Source: Escherichia phage OLB145. Taken from it: a stretch of DNA of 64,000 bases. The notes under the pieces were generated by a model. That model saw nothing but the letters and a program-made list of their open reading frames with translations. It did no database searches and was not told the DNA's origin. The stretch lies in the sequence record MH992123.1. One strand, given 5' to 3'. A program made the translations under genes and the position numbers. Below, piece after piece: positions 37,301 to 46,930 of the stretch; within the stretch, counting starts at the first letter, position 1; each line of letters starts with the position of its first letter.

Positions 37301-38873
37301 CATCACGAATAGTAACTTCTGCTTCTGGTGCTTGAGCCATAGCTTCTTGTGCTGCCTGTGCAACATAGTCATCAGCAACAGGAGATGCTTCTTCATTCTG
37401 CTTCATAACCCGCTCACCACGAGCTACCAAAGTGTTCTTAATAGGGGAAACAACCTTACCTGCTACACTACCAGCAGCTTTAACACCAGCCATTGTGGTA
37501 CGCAATACAGGAGCAGTTGCAGCACCTGCTAAACGAGCAGCACCAGCCGGAGCCTGTACAACACCAGCAGAGCCAAAGCCATAAAGAGCACCTAAACCAG
37601 CTTGTGTACCGACACCTTTAAGCAGGTCTTGGTTCTTATCAATGTTTTGTTGCTGTGCAATATTCTGAGCCAGTTGTCCTGTAGCACCCTGAACACCTTC
37701 TTCCACTGTTTCACGGGCAAGGTTCATACCTACAGCACCTAAAGAACCAGCACGGAAAGGGGCCATCTCAAAACGAAATACCAGAGGACCAGTTGCAGCA
37801 GCAATAGGTAATTGAATAGCAGCAGCAGTAAGACCCGTTTCAGATGCAGTCTGACGACGAGCCTGTTCTGGAGACATACCATCTTTAATATGTTGCTGAT
37901 AAACAGGAGACTTCTCTAAGTCTTTAAGACTCATCTTCATAATTTCATCAGCAGTTTGTTGGTATGCACCACCAGCTTCTATTGCACCAACACCAACCAT
38001 ACCCGGTGCAGCTCTACCTACAGTAGAGGCAATACGAGCCAGTGACTGAGTACCAGTACCTGCATCAATAGCACCAGCCAATGCAGCACTACGAAGAGTA
38101 TTTGCTGGAACAACTGCTTTACCCAGTAAAGATGCACCCCTTAATACAGGACCAGCACCTAATAGAGAACCTACCCCTTCTGCTAACCCATCGGAAATAA
38201 TGGAGTCAGTTTGAGCAGCATTCTCAATTGAACCTACAAAATCACGTCCAAATTTAGATAAGGAAGCTACTATGTCATTAGTGCCTTCTTTCTTATCTGT
38301 TTGATACTGACGTTCACTCTCTACTTCATTCATTAAGTTACGAGCAGCAAAGAGCTTACGTTTATCTTGTAATGCCTGGCTTTGGGTAGCATGAACAGCA
38401 TCATTAAACTTACTCAATTGTTGAGCAACAACAGCACCTGCATCATCGTTGAGTAAGCCTGCCCCAAGAGCACCAATGCCCCCAAGGGTATTAACAAAAC
38501 CAAGACCAACACCAGTAGCAATATCACCCAGTTCTTCCCCAGGAGTTCTTGTAGTAACTGAATCATTGAATACCTGGTTCCCTGCATCAGCACGAGCATT
38601 GATAAGTTGTAAGCCTTGCTCAACCCCATACTTATTCATGATTTGCATTGGAGTCAGATTCATGAAATCTGATTGCACTGTCCCTGGTTCAAATGCATTA
38701 GCCCCAACATTACCAGTACGGGCAGCTTGCATTTGATAAGCAGCATCAGGAGAAACAAGAGGAGTAGTGACACCTTGTTCAGCTTTCTTCTGGGCGGTTG
38801 CAGTAGAGACGTCAACTTGCTTTGCATTGGTTACGCTGTCTGCGAACCCAGCCAGTCTATCAAATACTGACAT
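28371..38873 (-). CDS. virion-encapsidated RNA polymerase (vRNAP), giant single-subunit RNAP of N4-like phages
   Basis: Single uninterrupted ORF; track start 38891 is TTG, first ATG 38873 has AGGAAA 6 nt upstream and gives exactly 3500 aa, the length I recall for N4 gp50; position at the head of the late cluster. Confidence 0.8.
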   Translation of the reverse strand: MSVFDRLAGFADSVTNAKQVDVSTATAQKKAEQGVTTPLVSPDAAYQMQAARTGNVGANAFEPGTVQSDFMNLTPMQIMNKYGVEQGLQLINARADAGNQVFNDSVTTRTPGEELGDIATGVGLGFVNTLGGIGALGAGLLNDDAGAVVAQQLSKFNDAVHATQSQALQDKRKLFAARNLMNEVESERQYQTDKKEGTNDIVASLSKFGRDFVGSIENAAQTDSIISDGLAEGVGSLLGAGPVLRGASLLGKAVVPANTLRSAALAGAIDAGTGTQSLARIASTVGRAAPGMVGVGAIEAGGAYQQTADEIMKMSLKDLEKSPVYQQHIKDGMSPEQARRQTASETGLTAAAIQLPIAAATGPLVFRFEMAPFRAGSLGAVGMNLARETVEEGVQGATGQLAQNIAQQQNIDKNQDLLKGVGTQAGLGALYGFGSAGVVQAPAGAARLAGAATAPVLRTTMAGVKAAGSVAGKVVSPIKNTLVARGERVMKQNEEASPVADDYVAQAAQEAMAQAPEAEVTIRDAVEATDATPEQKVAAHQYVSDLMNATRFNPENYQEAPEHIRNAVAGSTDQVQVIQKLADLVNTLDESNPQALMEAASYMYDAVSEFEQFINRDPAALDSIPKDSPAIELLNRYTNLTANIQNTPKVIGALNVINRMINESAQNGSLDVTEESSPQEMQNVALAAEVAPEKLNPESVNVVLKHAADGRIKLNNRQIAALQNAAAILKGAREYDAEAARLGLRPQDIVSKQIKTDESRTQEGQYSALQHANRIRSAYNSGNFELASAYLNDFMQFAQHMQNKVGALNEHLVTGNADKNKSVHYQALTADREWVRSRTGLGVNPYDTKSVKFAQQVALEAKTVADIANALASAYPELKVSHIKVTPLDSRLNAPAAEVVKAFRQGNRDVASSQQKADSVNQVKETPVTKQEPVTSTVQTKTPVSEPVKTEPTTKESRPQAIKEPVSQSEKQDATLTNEDTIEQPTESVKETETSVKERTVTEELREGIDAVYPSLVGTADSKAEGIKNYFKLSFTLPEEQKSRTVGSEAPLKDVAQALSSRARYELFTEKEVANPAFNGEVIKRYKELMEHGEGIADILRSRLAKFLNTKDVGKRFAQGTEANRWVGGKLLNIVEQDGDTFKYNEQLLQTAVLAGLQWRLTATSNTAIKDAKDVAAITGIDQALLPEGLVEQFDTGMTLTEAVSSLAQKIESYWGLSRNPNAPLGYTKGIPTAMAAEILAAFVESTDVVENIVDMSEIDPDNKKTIGLYTITELDSFDPINSFPTAIEEAVLVNPTEKMFFGNDIPPVANTQLRNPAVRNTPEQKAALKAEQTTEFYVHTPMVQFYETLGKDRILELMGAGTLNKELLNDNHAKSLEGKNRSVEDSYNQLFSVIEQVRAQSEDISTVPIHYAYNMTRVGRMQMLGKYNPQSAKLVREAILPTKATLDLSNQNNEDFSAFQLGLAQALDIKVHTMTREVMSDELTKLLEGNLKPAIDMMVEFNTTGSLPENAVDVLNTALGDRKSFVALMALMEYSRYLVAEDKSAFVTPLYVEADGVTNGPINAMMLMTGGLFTPDWIRNIAKGGLFIGSPNKTMNEHRSTADNNDLYQASTNALMESLGKLRSNYASNMPIQSQIDSLLSLMDLFLPDINLGENGALELKRGIAKNPLTITIYGSGARGIAGKLVSSVTDAIYERMSDVLKARAKDPNISAAMAMFGKQAASEAHAEELLARFLKDMETLTSTVPVKRKGVLELQSTGAGAKGKINPKTYTIKGEQLKALQENMLHFFVEPLRNGITQTVGESLVYSTEQLQKATQIQSVVLEDMFKQRVQEKLTEKAKDPTWKKGDFLTQKELNDIQASLNNLAPMIETGSQTFYIAGSENAEVANQVLATNLDDRMRVPMSIYAPAQAGVAGIPFMTIGTGDGMMMQTLSTMKGAPKNTLKIFDGMNIGLNDITDASRKANEAVYTSWQGNPIKNVYESYAKFMKNVDFSKLSPEALEAIGKSALEYDQRENATVDDIANAASLIERNLRNIALGVDIRHKVLDKVNLSIDQMAAVGAPYQNNGKIDLSNMTPEQQADELNKLFREELEARKQKVAKAKAEVKEETVSEKEPVNPDFGMVGREHKASGVRILSATAIRNLAKISNLPSTQAATLAEIQKSLAAKDYKIIYGTPTQVAEYARQKNVTELTSQEMEEAQAGNIYGWTNFDDKTIYLVSPSMETLIHELVHASTFEEVYSFYQGNEVSPTSKQAIENLEGLMEQFRSLDISKDSPEMREAYADAIATIEGHLSNGFVDPAISKAAALNEFMAWGLANRALTDKQKRTSSLVQMVKDVYQAIKKLIWGRKQAPALGEDMFSNLLFNSAILMRSQPTTQAVAKDGTLFHSKAYGNNERLSQLNQTFDKLVTDYLRTDPVTEVERRGNVANALMSATRLVRDVQSRGFNMTAQEQSVFQMVTAALATEAAIDPHAMARAQELYTHVMKHLTVEHFMTDPDSTNPADRYYAQQKYDTISGANLVEVDAKGRTSLLPTFLGLAMVNEELRSIIKEMPVPKADKKLGNDVDTLLTNAGTQVMESLNRRMAGDQKATNVQDSIDALSETIMTAALKRESFYDAVATPTGNFIDRANQYVTDSIERLSETVIEKADKVIANPSNVAAKGVAHLAKLTAAIASEKQGEIVAQGVMTAMNQGKVWQPFHDLVNDIVGRTKTNANVYDLIKLVKSQISQDRQQFREHLPTVIAGKFSRKLTDTEWSAMHTGLGKTDLAVLRETMSMAEIRDLLSSPKKVKDEISTLEKEIQNQAGRNWNLVQKKSKQLAQYMITGEVGNNLLRNAHAISRLLGERITNGPVADVAAIDKLITLYSLELMNKSDRDLLSELAQSEVEGMEFSIAYMVGQRTEEMRKAKGDNRTLLNHFKGYIPVENQQGVNLIIADDKEFAKLNSQSFTRIGTYQGSTGFRTGSKGYYFSPVAARAPYSQGILQNVRNTAGGVDIGTGFTLGTMVAGRITDKPTVERITKALAKGERGREPLMPIYNSKGQVVAYEQSIDPNMLKHLNQDNHFAKMVGVWRGRQVEEAKAQRFNDILIEQLHAMYEKDIKDSSANKSQYVNLLGKIDDPVLADAINLMNIETRHKAEELFGKDELWVRRDMLNDALGYRAASIGDVWTGNSRWSPSTLDTVKKMFLGAFGNKAYHVVMNAENTIQNLVKDAKTVIVVKSVVVPAVNFLANIYQMIGRGVPVKDIAVNIPRKTSEINQYIKSRLRQIDAEAELRAAEGNPNLVRKLKTEIQSITDSHRRMSIWPLIEAGEFSSIADAGISRDDLLVAEGKIHEYMEKLANKLPEKVRNAGRYALIAKDTALFQGIQKTVEYSDFIAKAIIYDDLVKRKKKSSSEALGQVTEEFVNYDRLPGRFRGYMESMGLMWFYNFKIRSIKVAMSMIRNNPVHSLIATVVPAPAMFGNVGLPIQDNMLTMLAEGRLDYSLGFGQGLRAPTLNPWFNLTH

Positions 38874-38930
38874 AGTAGGTTTCCTATACAAACTTATATC
38901 TATTAGAAATCACACTATACCTAGTGTAAG

Positions 38931-38958
38931 GACGAGAAAAAAGCCCCGAAGGGCTTTT
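38931..38958 (-). terminator. intrinsic terminator between gp51-like gene and vRNAP gene
   Basis: Stem AGCCC/GGGCT (38942-38946/38951-38955) with loop CGAA; on the - strand it is followed by TTTTTT (complement of 38936-38941). Confidence 0.55.
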
Positions 38959-38973
38959 GTATTATGGTAGAAA

Positions 38974-40830
38974 TTAACGAGGAAATATATCAGGGATACC
39001 CAATCGACGTCCGGCATCTCTGCCTAAACTTCTCCGGTTTGCCTCGCTCTCTTCCTGTTTAATATTTTGTAGGCTCTTAATATCCAAATTCTGAGGGTCA
39101 GCAGCTACAGCACTACGAGCACCATCAAGAAGACGTTTAGCAGTATTAACTCGCTCCTGATAGCGAGGTAGTACACTTCTAAGGTTTTCCTGACCGGTCT
39201 GAATTCGACGCTGTACTTCACGTAAATCAGCAAGTGCAGTATCTAACGTATTCTGTGCTGCATAGATGTTTGATTGAATTTGTGCAGTAAGCTGATTACG
39301 AGCATTCTGTTCAATAGCAGTACCAGTAGTTGCAAGTTTTGCATTTGCTTCTACGGCTGCTTTATCCAGTTGGTAATCACCACCCAAATCAATAACATCA
39401 GTATCAAAGGCATTTCGAATACCACTAAACCATCCCTCTGGTTTACCAGTGATACTACGTTGAATGATTGCCCCTGCCATAGCGGGAGAAATAGCATTCT
39501 GTTTTGCTACCTCATTGATTTGTCGAACCAGTGCACCTTGGTTAATGCCTTTCAGTTCATTGCTATCAATAATACGTTTAGCCACCTGACCGGTCGTAGA
39601 GGGGTCAACAGTAGCAGCTTGGTATTCTGGCAGCAGAGTATTACCAATATTCTGCATATTACGAGTACCAACAGTATTACCAGCAACAGAAGTGAATGCT
39701 TGTTCTTGTAATGGATTAATAGAATTACCTGTTTCTGCTTGAGCAATGTAATCCTTCATTTCATCCCATGACAAGTTCTTATAAGCACCAGGAGTATCAT
39801 CCGGTAAAGCAGCCCATGTACTCTTCAGATTGCCATTCTTACGGGCATTAAAAATAGCTTCACCCAGTTTGTCTTGATTCTCCGGAGACATAGGAATGTT
39901 CTGCCAATCTTCACCAAATACCTTTGGAGCAAAGTCTTTAAGGGTATCTTGGTTAATCTGGTATGCACCAACAGGAGAAGCACCTAGTGTCTTCTTCATA
40001 GTGTCTTGATGCTGAACCACCTCACCTAAGTTCATCTGAGTAATAGGTACATCAGTTGGTGTGAACTTATAGGTAGTGTCATATGCAGAACCATTCCTAG
40101 TACCCTGAGTACCAGGAGGGGATAGAGATGCAGAACCAGTTCCCGGAGTATATGCACCTGGATATGCTCTATCTAACTGAGATAGTGCACGACTTACTGC
40201 TCCTGGTGACATTTGGTCGAACGTACCCTCTGCAAGCATACGAGCATCGTCAGCACTGTATGCACCACGACGAATATTATTCAGTAACTGCATAGCAGCC
40301 TGAGTATCCGCATCGTTACGCATATCAACACCTAAGTTGAATAAGCTGCGACGTTGACCAATACCAGCAGTACCCTGTCCTTGAAGGTTGTTCATGTAGT
40401 CCATAACAACACCAGCAGGAAGGGTTTTTAATACATCCCCATACTGAGCCTGTGCTGCCTGAACCTTTCTTGGGTCACCAGATTGATAGGCCAGAGCCAA
40501 TTCCTGTAATGCAGGGGCAGCAGCATCAGTAGCTGCATTTACCTTCATGGTTCTGTCATTACTGTATCGAGTGAAATCCAGATTTTGTTGTTTAGATGCT
40601 TGGTCTAACAGATTGCCAGCACGATTATCTAAGTTCTCCATAGTACGAGAAGAAATTAGAGAAGGGTCATAGCCAGCAAATAATGCTCCAGAAGCTAAGG
40701 CATTACGATACTCATTAGGGTCTTGGTAACGCATGGCTTCAGCCATAATTGCATCACCAGCTTGCTGTCTTGCAGAGTTTCGAAAATCACCTAATGCATT
40801 ACTCAATCCGGCAGTGGCATTACCCAGCAT
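38974..40830 (-). CDS. virion protein with SLT-like lytic transglycosylase motif (N4 gp51-like by position)
   Basis: 618 aa; 'NLGEVVQHQDTMKKTLGASPVGAYQINQDT' (aa 267-296) resembles the Slt70 'ES...SPVGASGLMQI' catalytic region. Confidence 0.5.
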   Translation of the reverse strand: MLGNATAGLSNALGDFRNSARQQAGDAIMAEAMRYQDPNEYRNALASGALFAGYDPSLISSRTMENLDNRAGNLLDQASKQQNLDFTRYSNDRTMKVNAATDAAAPALQELALAYQSGDPRKVQAAQAQYGDVLKTLPAGVVMDYMNNLQGQGTAGIGQRRSLFNLGVDMRNDADTQAAMQLLNNIRRGAYSADDARMLAEGTFDQMSPGAVSRALSQLDRAYPGAYTPGTGSASLSPPGTQGTRNGSAYDTTYKFTPTDVPITQMNLGEVVQHQDTMKKTLGASPVGAYQINQDTLKDFAPKVFGEDWQNIPMSPENQDKLGEAIFNARKNGNLKSTWAALPDDTPGAYKNLSWDEMKDYIAQAETGNSINPLQEQAFTSVAGNTVGTRNMQNIGNTLLPEYQAATVDPSTTGQVAKRIIDSNELKGINQGALVRQINEVAKQNAISPAMAGAIIQRSITGKPEGWFSGIRNAFDTDVIDLGGDYQLDKAAVEANAKLATTGTAIEQNARNQLTAQIQSNIYAAQNTLDTALADLREVQRRIQTGQENLRSVLPRYQERVNTAKRLLDGARSAVAADPQNLDIKSLQNIKQEESEANRRSLGRDAGRRLGIPDIFPR

Positions 40831-40918
40831 ATTGGAGAAAGTACGAATACTATCCCCAACACCAGAGAAAGAAACTAACTAAACAATACCCAAATCTCAA
40901 TGACTCATACGATACCTC

Positions 40919-41371
40919 TTAACGAGTTAAGCGATTGGCTGCAATGTAAGCATCAGCCGTAGATTGGTCACGATTTTCTGCAACAGCACGACTACGAGCA
41001 CGGTCTTCCAGAGCAGTGTTATAGGACTTAATCTGGTTATTCAGATTAGTGTTAGTAACATCTTTAGCAAAAGAGAACTGATTCTTAGCTAACTTGTTAG
41101 CCTGTAATGCACCATAGATATTACCCAGTGCATTAAGACCACCTAACCCCAACTGGAAGGTGGGAATATTCAGACCCAGTTGGTCAGTAAGCCCCCGAGT
41201 CTGCCCACCGGTATTCCCTGTAGCACCACCAGTAATATTCTGAAGCCAGTCATTACTAAGGATGCCGGATTGCATAGGGTTATAGTTCATGGTTGGGGTA
41301 TTAAAGGAACCATACCCATAGCCAAAATTGCTTTGTGCAGATGGGGTTCCAAAAAGGAAATTAGTATCCAT
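40919..41371 (-). CDS. Gly/Asn-rich virion protein (N4 gp52-like by position)
   Basis: 150 aa, AGGAG SD. Confidence 0.5.
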   Translation of the reverse strand: MDTNFLFGTPSAQSNFGYGYGSFNTPTMNYNPMQSGILSNDWLQNITGGATGNTGGQTRGLTDQLGLNIPTFQLGLGGLNALGNIYGALQANKLAKNQFSFAKDVTNTNLNNQIKSYNTALEDRARSRAVAENRDQSTADAYIAANRLTR

Positions 41372-41384
41372 AAGGATTCTCCTG

Positions 41385-44042
41385 TTACGTATCTAAATCA
41401 AGCTGCAACGTTATATCTGCAAAGTTGGTAATCATGTTGTTAGACATGTCAGCTATATCATGACCAGTCATAAGAGTACGGCTAAGGAATGAATCCAGTG
41501 GTTCAAATTGTTGGCCTACATTAGTTAGGTTCATTGGGTCAATGTAACCCATGCCCTCAGTGCCAAACATTTCCTCGTACTTTTCCTGAATGGTTTTCAT
41601 CTGGTCACGGTACTCTGCCATAAGTTTCTCTGTCTTTTTGACAGTTTCCATAGCAGAAGCATTGATGTAATCACTTATGCCATTTCCTACAGATGAAGTG
41701 AGTTTAATGATGTTGTCTGCTTTCATCATTTCACCCAGCATCGTAGACATGGATGAACCAGTGGATAAAGCTGTACCAACATTCATGGCTACCATAGAGG
41801 CAATAGTAGCAACAATGATTCCAATCTTATCCCCAAGCAGACTAACAGAGACTGTTTGAATAATGGACATCAGAATCATAGCTGCAATGGCATTAGCCAC
41901 AGCCCCAACGATAATAGCAGCTAACCCTGCAAAACCTAATGCAGCACCAATAGAAGCAGCAGTACCCATTACCCCAGCACCAGCAGCAGGAGTAAAGAAC
42001 ACAGACACTACTACTGCAACAACAACCACTACTACTTTAAAGATGCCAGACTGATACCATTTCTTCTTAACTTTCTTATATGAGTTAAGAACCAGATAAC
42101 AACATGCAGTAGATAACTGAGTACCATTTACCAAAGACATACTACGATAAATGTTGTTATGAAGAGGGATGATAAATCCGGACTCTTCATCATCATTTAG
42201 TGCATCTACACCAGAAATGCTTACAGATTTATTCTTGTAAACATTATTGTTATGGTTCAGGCCATAGACAGAAATCTTCCTCCATGAATTATCCCCATCC
42301 TGCCAATACATTGTTATCTTATCTAGCCTGTAGATAGTAAACCCAACTTTGTCATTACCTTTTTCAGAGTACATAACGGCTTTCTGCATAAGGACTACAG
42401 TACCTTCATAAGCAAACTTGAGCTGCCCTTTCTTGGCTCCAGAGAATGCTTTACCTGAACCAACTGATTCTTCAATGAAGTTCCAACTAATAGTCATGTT
42501 GTAACGGTATCCACCGTTAGAACGAATATTAATGGATTTAGAAGGTATTGTTGGATATACGGGTCTTTTAGGAGGCTTCCCTATGGGAATATCCCTATTA
42601 CCACTGCGAGATTTCCACCATTCCTGGTAAGCATCAAAGTCCCTGTTAGCCTGAGCAAAGCCTTCTACCAAAGCATCCATAGTTGGGTAGTTTGGGTCAG
42701 CAGGCATTGACTGATTCACTAACTGGAAGAATCTGTATATGTACTCTTTAGCTGTATTTTCAGGACTATTAAGAGAACAACCAAATACAGCATAGATATA
42801 CTGAATATCACCAATATCTTTGTTCTTCTTCAGGTCATCCATAATGTCAGAAATCTTACCCCCTGTAGCCTTCTTAAAGGCTCTCTTACAAAGAGTATAC
42901 GTAGAGCCAGAAATCCAGTTCTTATCACTACGGATAGGGATAAATGAATAGAATCTGTTATTGGTCGTCTTATTAATAAACAAAGCATCAAGAACGGCAT
43001 TGCCACTATTCTGTTTATAAATAAACAATTGAGGCATACCACCAGCAGACAAAGTAGTAACTACATCTGTATTCTGATAAGACCATGTATAACCTAAAGT
43101 ATCTTTAGTTACTGTAGTAGTTCTGGTTTCAGTAACCCCACCGCCTAAATCAATAACTTCAGTGTTTGTAGTGGAACCAGTAGATACAGTACCAGTCTGT
43201 ACCTGGGTCATTGTAGTCTTACGAATAATGATTAAGCCTACTTCACTTGGTTCACGAAATTCTTTCTCGTAAACATCTGAGAAGTTAGTCCAACTAACCT
43301 GTTCTTCTTCAGTATTGGTACTTTCCTCATCAGGTCTGCCATCAGAGAATACACTCTTAATATGAGTAACTGTCTTCAGGGTAGCTGACTTAGGAGTATG
43401 GTTCTGAGATACCTGAGTCCATTCAGAAGTAGAAGGTAAGTCATCAGCAGATGATACAGATACAACAGGATGAACTACTGGGTCTGCAACACTAGTAGGC
43501 TGTATGTAGTAATAGTTCACATACAGATACATTGCATCCTGACTGAAATTCTCTGGGTAAAAGGATAACTCACTACCATCAGTAGCAGTGAGTACAATCC
43601 TGTCATCATCCATGATGTCTATTTCAAACTCTTCAGTAATACGGTCTGGATAATTCTCATAGAGGAATTTATCAGCCCATTCCTCAAAATCACCAAATCC
43701 AATCCTACTGCTCTGAACCTGTACCTCATAACCTGCTTTTTGAGGAACTTGCCATTTAACTACTTCAGGGTCTATCTGAGACAGTATTGACAAGTTCCCA
43801 TAAGCAATACCAATTGAAGGGTCATAGTTAGTTGCAGCCCAACCAGGGAATCTACGTAAACGAATACCAGGTCCATTTAAATAAGAGTTAGTGATGGTAT
43901 CACCCATACTAAAGTCAGATTTACTGACGATGTTACCAATCACCGTAGTCTTTAAATAATTTGGACGTTTATGTATATCCCCTGCCAAATTGTAGACAGA
44001 GGATGCTACGTAGATTTTAGTCTTACTGCTAAACAGTCCCAT
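41385..44042 (-). CDS. large virion protein with extended hydrophobic segment (N4 gp53-like by position)
   Basis: 885 aa; about 100-aa hydrophobic Ala/Gly/Val-rich stretch 'VVVVVAVVVSVFFTPAAGAGVMGTAASIGAALGFAGLAAIIVGAVANAIAAMILMSII...'. Confidence 0.55.
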   Translation of the reverse strand: MGLFSSKTKIYVASSVYNLAGDIHKRPNYLKTTVIGNIVSKSDFSMGDTITNSYLNGPGIRLRRFPGWAATNYDPSIGIAYGNLSILSQIDPEVVKWQVPQKAGYEVQVQSSRIGFGDFEEWADKFLYENYPDRITEEFEIDIMDDDRIVLTATDGSELSFYPENFSQDAMYLYVNYYYIQPTSVADPVVHPVVSVSSADDLPSTSEWTQVSQNHTPKSATLKTVTHIKSVFSDGRPDEESTNTEEEQVSWTNFSDVYEKEFREPSEVGLIIIRKTTMTQVQTGTVSTGSTTNTEVIDLGGGVTETRTTTVTKDTLGYTWSYQNTDVVTTLSAGGMPQLFIYKQNSGNAVLDALFINKTTNNRFYSFIPIRSDKNWISGSTYTLCKRAFKKATGGKISDIMDDLKKNKDIGDIQYIYAVFGCSLNSPENTAKEYIYRFFQLVNQSMPADPNYPTMDALVEGFAQANRDFDAYQEWWKSRSGNRDIPIGKPPKRPVYPTIPSKSINIRSNGGYRYNMTISWNFIEESVGSGKAFSGAKKGQLKFAYEGTVVLMQKAVMYSEKGNDKVGFTIYRLDKITMYWQDGDNSWRKISVYGLNHNNNVYKNKSVSISGVDALNDDEESGFIIPLHNNIYRSMSLVNGTQLSTACCYLVLNSYKKVKKKWYQSGIFKVVVVVVAVVVSVFFTPAAGAGVMGTAASIGAALGFAGLAAIIVGAVANAIAAMILMSIIQTVSVSLLGDKIGIIVATIASMVAMNVGTALSTGSSMSTMLGEMMKADNIIKLTSSVGNGISDYINASAMETVKKTEKLMAEYRDQMKTIQEKYEEMFGTEGMGYIDPMNLTNVGQQFEPLDSFLSRTLMTGHDIADMSNNMITNFADITLQLDLDT

Positions 44043-44045
44043 GTA

Positions 44046-44954
<909 letters not shown>

Positions 44955-45024
44955 TCATTGGTTCATTAAAAGAAAACGGCTCACGGTTTTACCCAGTGAG
45001 CCGTGCTAACTTACAGATTAACTC

Positions 45025-45651
45025 TTATTGAGAGTCTACGCTACCAGCAGCAATCTGAGCAGCAGCCAGAGTTTGTAATTCTTCCTTAGTCAGTGGAGGC
45101 AGAACTTCAATGGCAAACTCACGTACCCATGCAGATGTAATATTAGGCTGACCATTCTTACCTTTGGTAACTCGAATGTTCAGGAACTTACGTTCTTTGA
45201 GGAAATTATAAATACAGTAAGGGATGTGATAGCCCTCATCAGTAGCTTCACCAAATGGAACGAATTTACGAACAGTACCAATATATTCGTTAGCTACTGT
45301 AATAATCTCACCAGGCAGGTCTTTCTTCTTAGGGTCAAGGTTCTGAATACGTACTCGAACCAGCTTTAATTGTTCTAAGCGTTGCTGGTGACGTAAAGAA
45401 GTTGCCGTAGTTACTGTACCTGTAGACAGAGCCAGAGGATTAGGCTGAGGTTCTACTGGTTCCTGAGCTTTATTTTCCTGTGCTGCTTCAATCTTCTTAC
45501 GAAGAGTTTCAGCACTAATATTATTTGAGTATGAAATACCCATCATATTAGCTCGTTGTTTCAGCAGAGAAAGTTCATCAACCTTAACTTCATCAACGGT
45601 GTCATCGTTGCCCTGAGTTAAATCAGCGGTCGGTTTATCGTTAATGCTCAT
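45025..45651 (-). CDS. hypothetical late protein (N4 gp55-like by position)
   Basis: 208-aa ORF immediately downstream of the capsid gene. Confidence 0.5.
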   Translation of the reverse strand: MSINDKPTADLTQGNDDTVDEVKVDELSLLKQRANMMGISYSNNISAETLRKKIEAAQENKAQEPVEPQPNPLALSTGTVTTATSLRHQQRLEQLKLVRVRIQNLDPKKKDLPGEIITVANEYIGTVRKFVPFGEATDEGYHIPYCIYNFLKERKFLNIRVTKGKNGQPNITSAWVREFAIEVLPPLTKEELQTLAAAQIAAGSVDSQ

Positions 45652-45668
45652 GTGTATATATCCTATTC

Positions 45669-45696
45669 ATAAAGTAAGGGGAGGTTTCCCTCCCCC
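45669..45696 (-). terminator. intrinsic terminator downstream of the major capsid gene
   Basis: Stem GGGGAGG/CCTCCCC (45678-45684/45689-45695) with loop TTTC; on the - strand followed by TTACTTTAT. Confidence 0.55.
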
Positions 45697-45713
45697 TGAT
45701 GTTAGCCCAACTA

Positions 45714-46919
45714 TTACAGCGGAGCTACAGTTTTAATAAGAGCCAGACGTTCTGGACGTTTAACCAGAATACCGTAGTACCATTTGATGCTGGAGAACCC
45801 AGTTTCACCATATGGGTCATTACGGTCAGCAGTTTCTTTACCAGGCATCTTAGTCATAACGGTAAATTTAAGTGACTTACCGTCAGTCTGGAAGCCAATA
45901 GAGGTAAAGGAATCATCACCTACTACCAGCATTGGGTAAACGTCATAGTGCTCTTGACCAGATACCATAGAGGTACGGTAACCAGGGTTAGCTCCAGTAG
46001 CCTGTGCACCAGCACCTGCCCAGTGCAGCATTTCTGGAACCTGAATGATACGGAACTTATCAATAGAACCGACTTCACCATTCATGATAGTACCTGCATC
46101 AGCATAGTGCTGAGTTTCGATAAAGGCTTTATTACCGAACAGGTCTTTCATTGCTTTCAGTTCCGGAACCAGTTCAGAACCTACATACATAACACGAGTA
46201 GCACCGATGACTTTAGTATCAATCATACGGGAACCAGTGATAATGGTAGTCTGAGTAGGAGTACGGTTCTCTGTCAGAATCTGGTCAAGACGCATCAGGT
46301 TCTTATAAGAAACGATAGACGGAGTAGAACCTTCACCAGTGATGGTGGCATCAGAAGTAGCAGCACCAGCATACAGAACAGTACCAGCAGCAGCCAGCAG
46401 GTCTTTTTGCAGTACAGCTTCAGTAATCTGAGTAGCACCATTCATCAGTTCACGGGACAGGTGTTCCATCAGGCCATCATCAGAATCGAAGTCAATAGAT
46501 TCCTGAGTGAACTCATAGAAGAAGCCAAACTTGTGAATAGAACCTTCACGAGCAATACGAGTAAAACCAACACGGTTAACTCGACCACCGTTTTCAGTCA
46601 GTAGAGGCAGTTTGGAAGTAATGTTACCGATGTCTTTGCTGGAACCATACAGGTTACCATTAACGATAGTAGCACCACTTGCATCAATACCCTGGTCATT
46701 GATGTTACGGTCATCCAGCAGAGGAACATATTCATATACCTTGATGGTCTTACCGTAATGCTTCGGCATGTTAGTTACAGAGGCCAGTGGCATGAAGTAC
46801 TGCTCTTTACGGGCAGTGATGATTGCTTTCTTCAGCCAGAAGAAGGTTTGCATCTGGTCAGAGTTAGCACCATCAATACTAGATTTCTGACCGTCAATAG
46901 GAGCGTTATAGTTCAACAT
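45714..46919 (-). CDS. major capsid protein
   Basis: 401 aa, the length I recall for N4 MCP gp56; flanked by a downstream terminator. Confidence 0.65.
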   Translation of the reverse strand: MLNYNAPIDGQKSSIDGANSDQMQTFFWLKKAIITARKEQYFMPLASVTNMPKHYGKTIKVYEYVPLLDDRNINDQGIDASGATIVNGNLYGSSKDIGNITSKLPLLTENGGRVNRVGFTRIAREGSIHKFGFFYEFTQESIDFDSDDGLMEHLSRELMNGATQITEAVLQKDLLAAAGTVLYAGAATSDATITGEGSTPSIVSYKNLMRLDQILTENRTPTQTTIITGSRMIDTKVIGATRVMYVGSELVPELKAMKDLFGNKAFIETQHYADAGTIMNGEVGSIDKFRIIQVPEMLHWAGAGAQATGANPGYRTSMVSGQEHYDVYPMLVVGDDSFTSIGFQTDGKSLKFTVMTKMPGKETADRNDPYGETGFSSIKWYYGILVKRPERLALIKTVAPL

Positions 46920-46930
46920 GTCTCAATTCC

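Noticed and set aside
28371-38891. Numerous 60-130-aa ORFs on the + strand inside the vRNAP gene, and similar antisense ORFs inside other large genes
   Set aside because: They are fully embedded antisense to a long, clearly coding ORF, lack SD sequences and have low-complexity translations; treated as six-frame artefacts.
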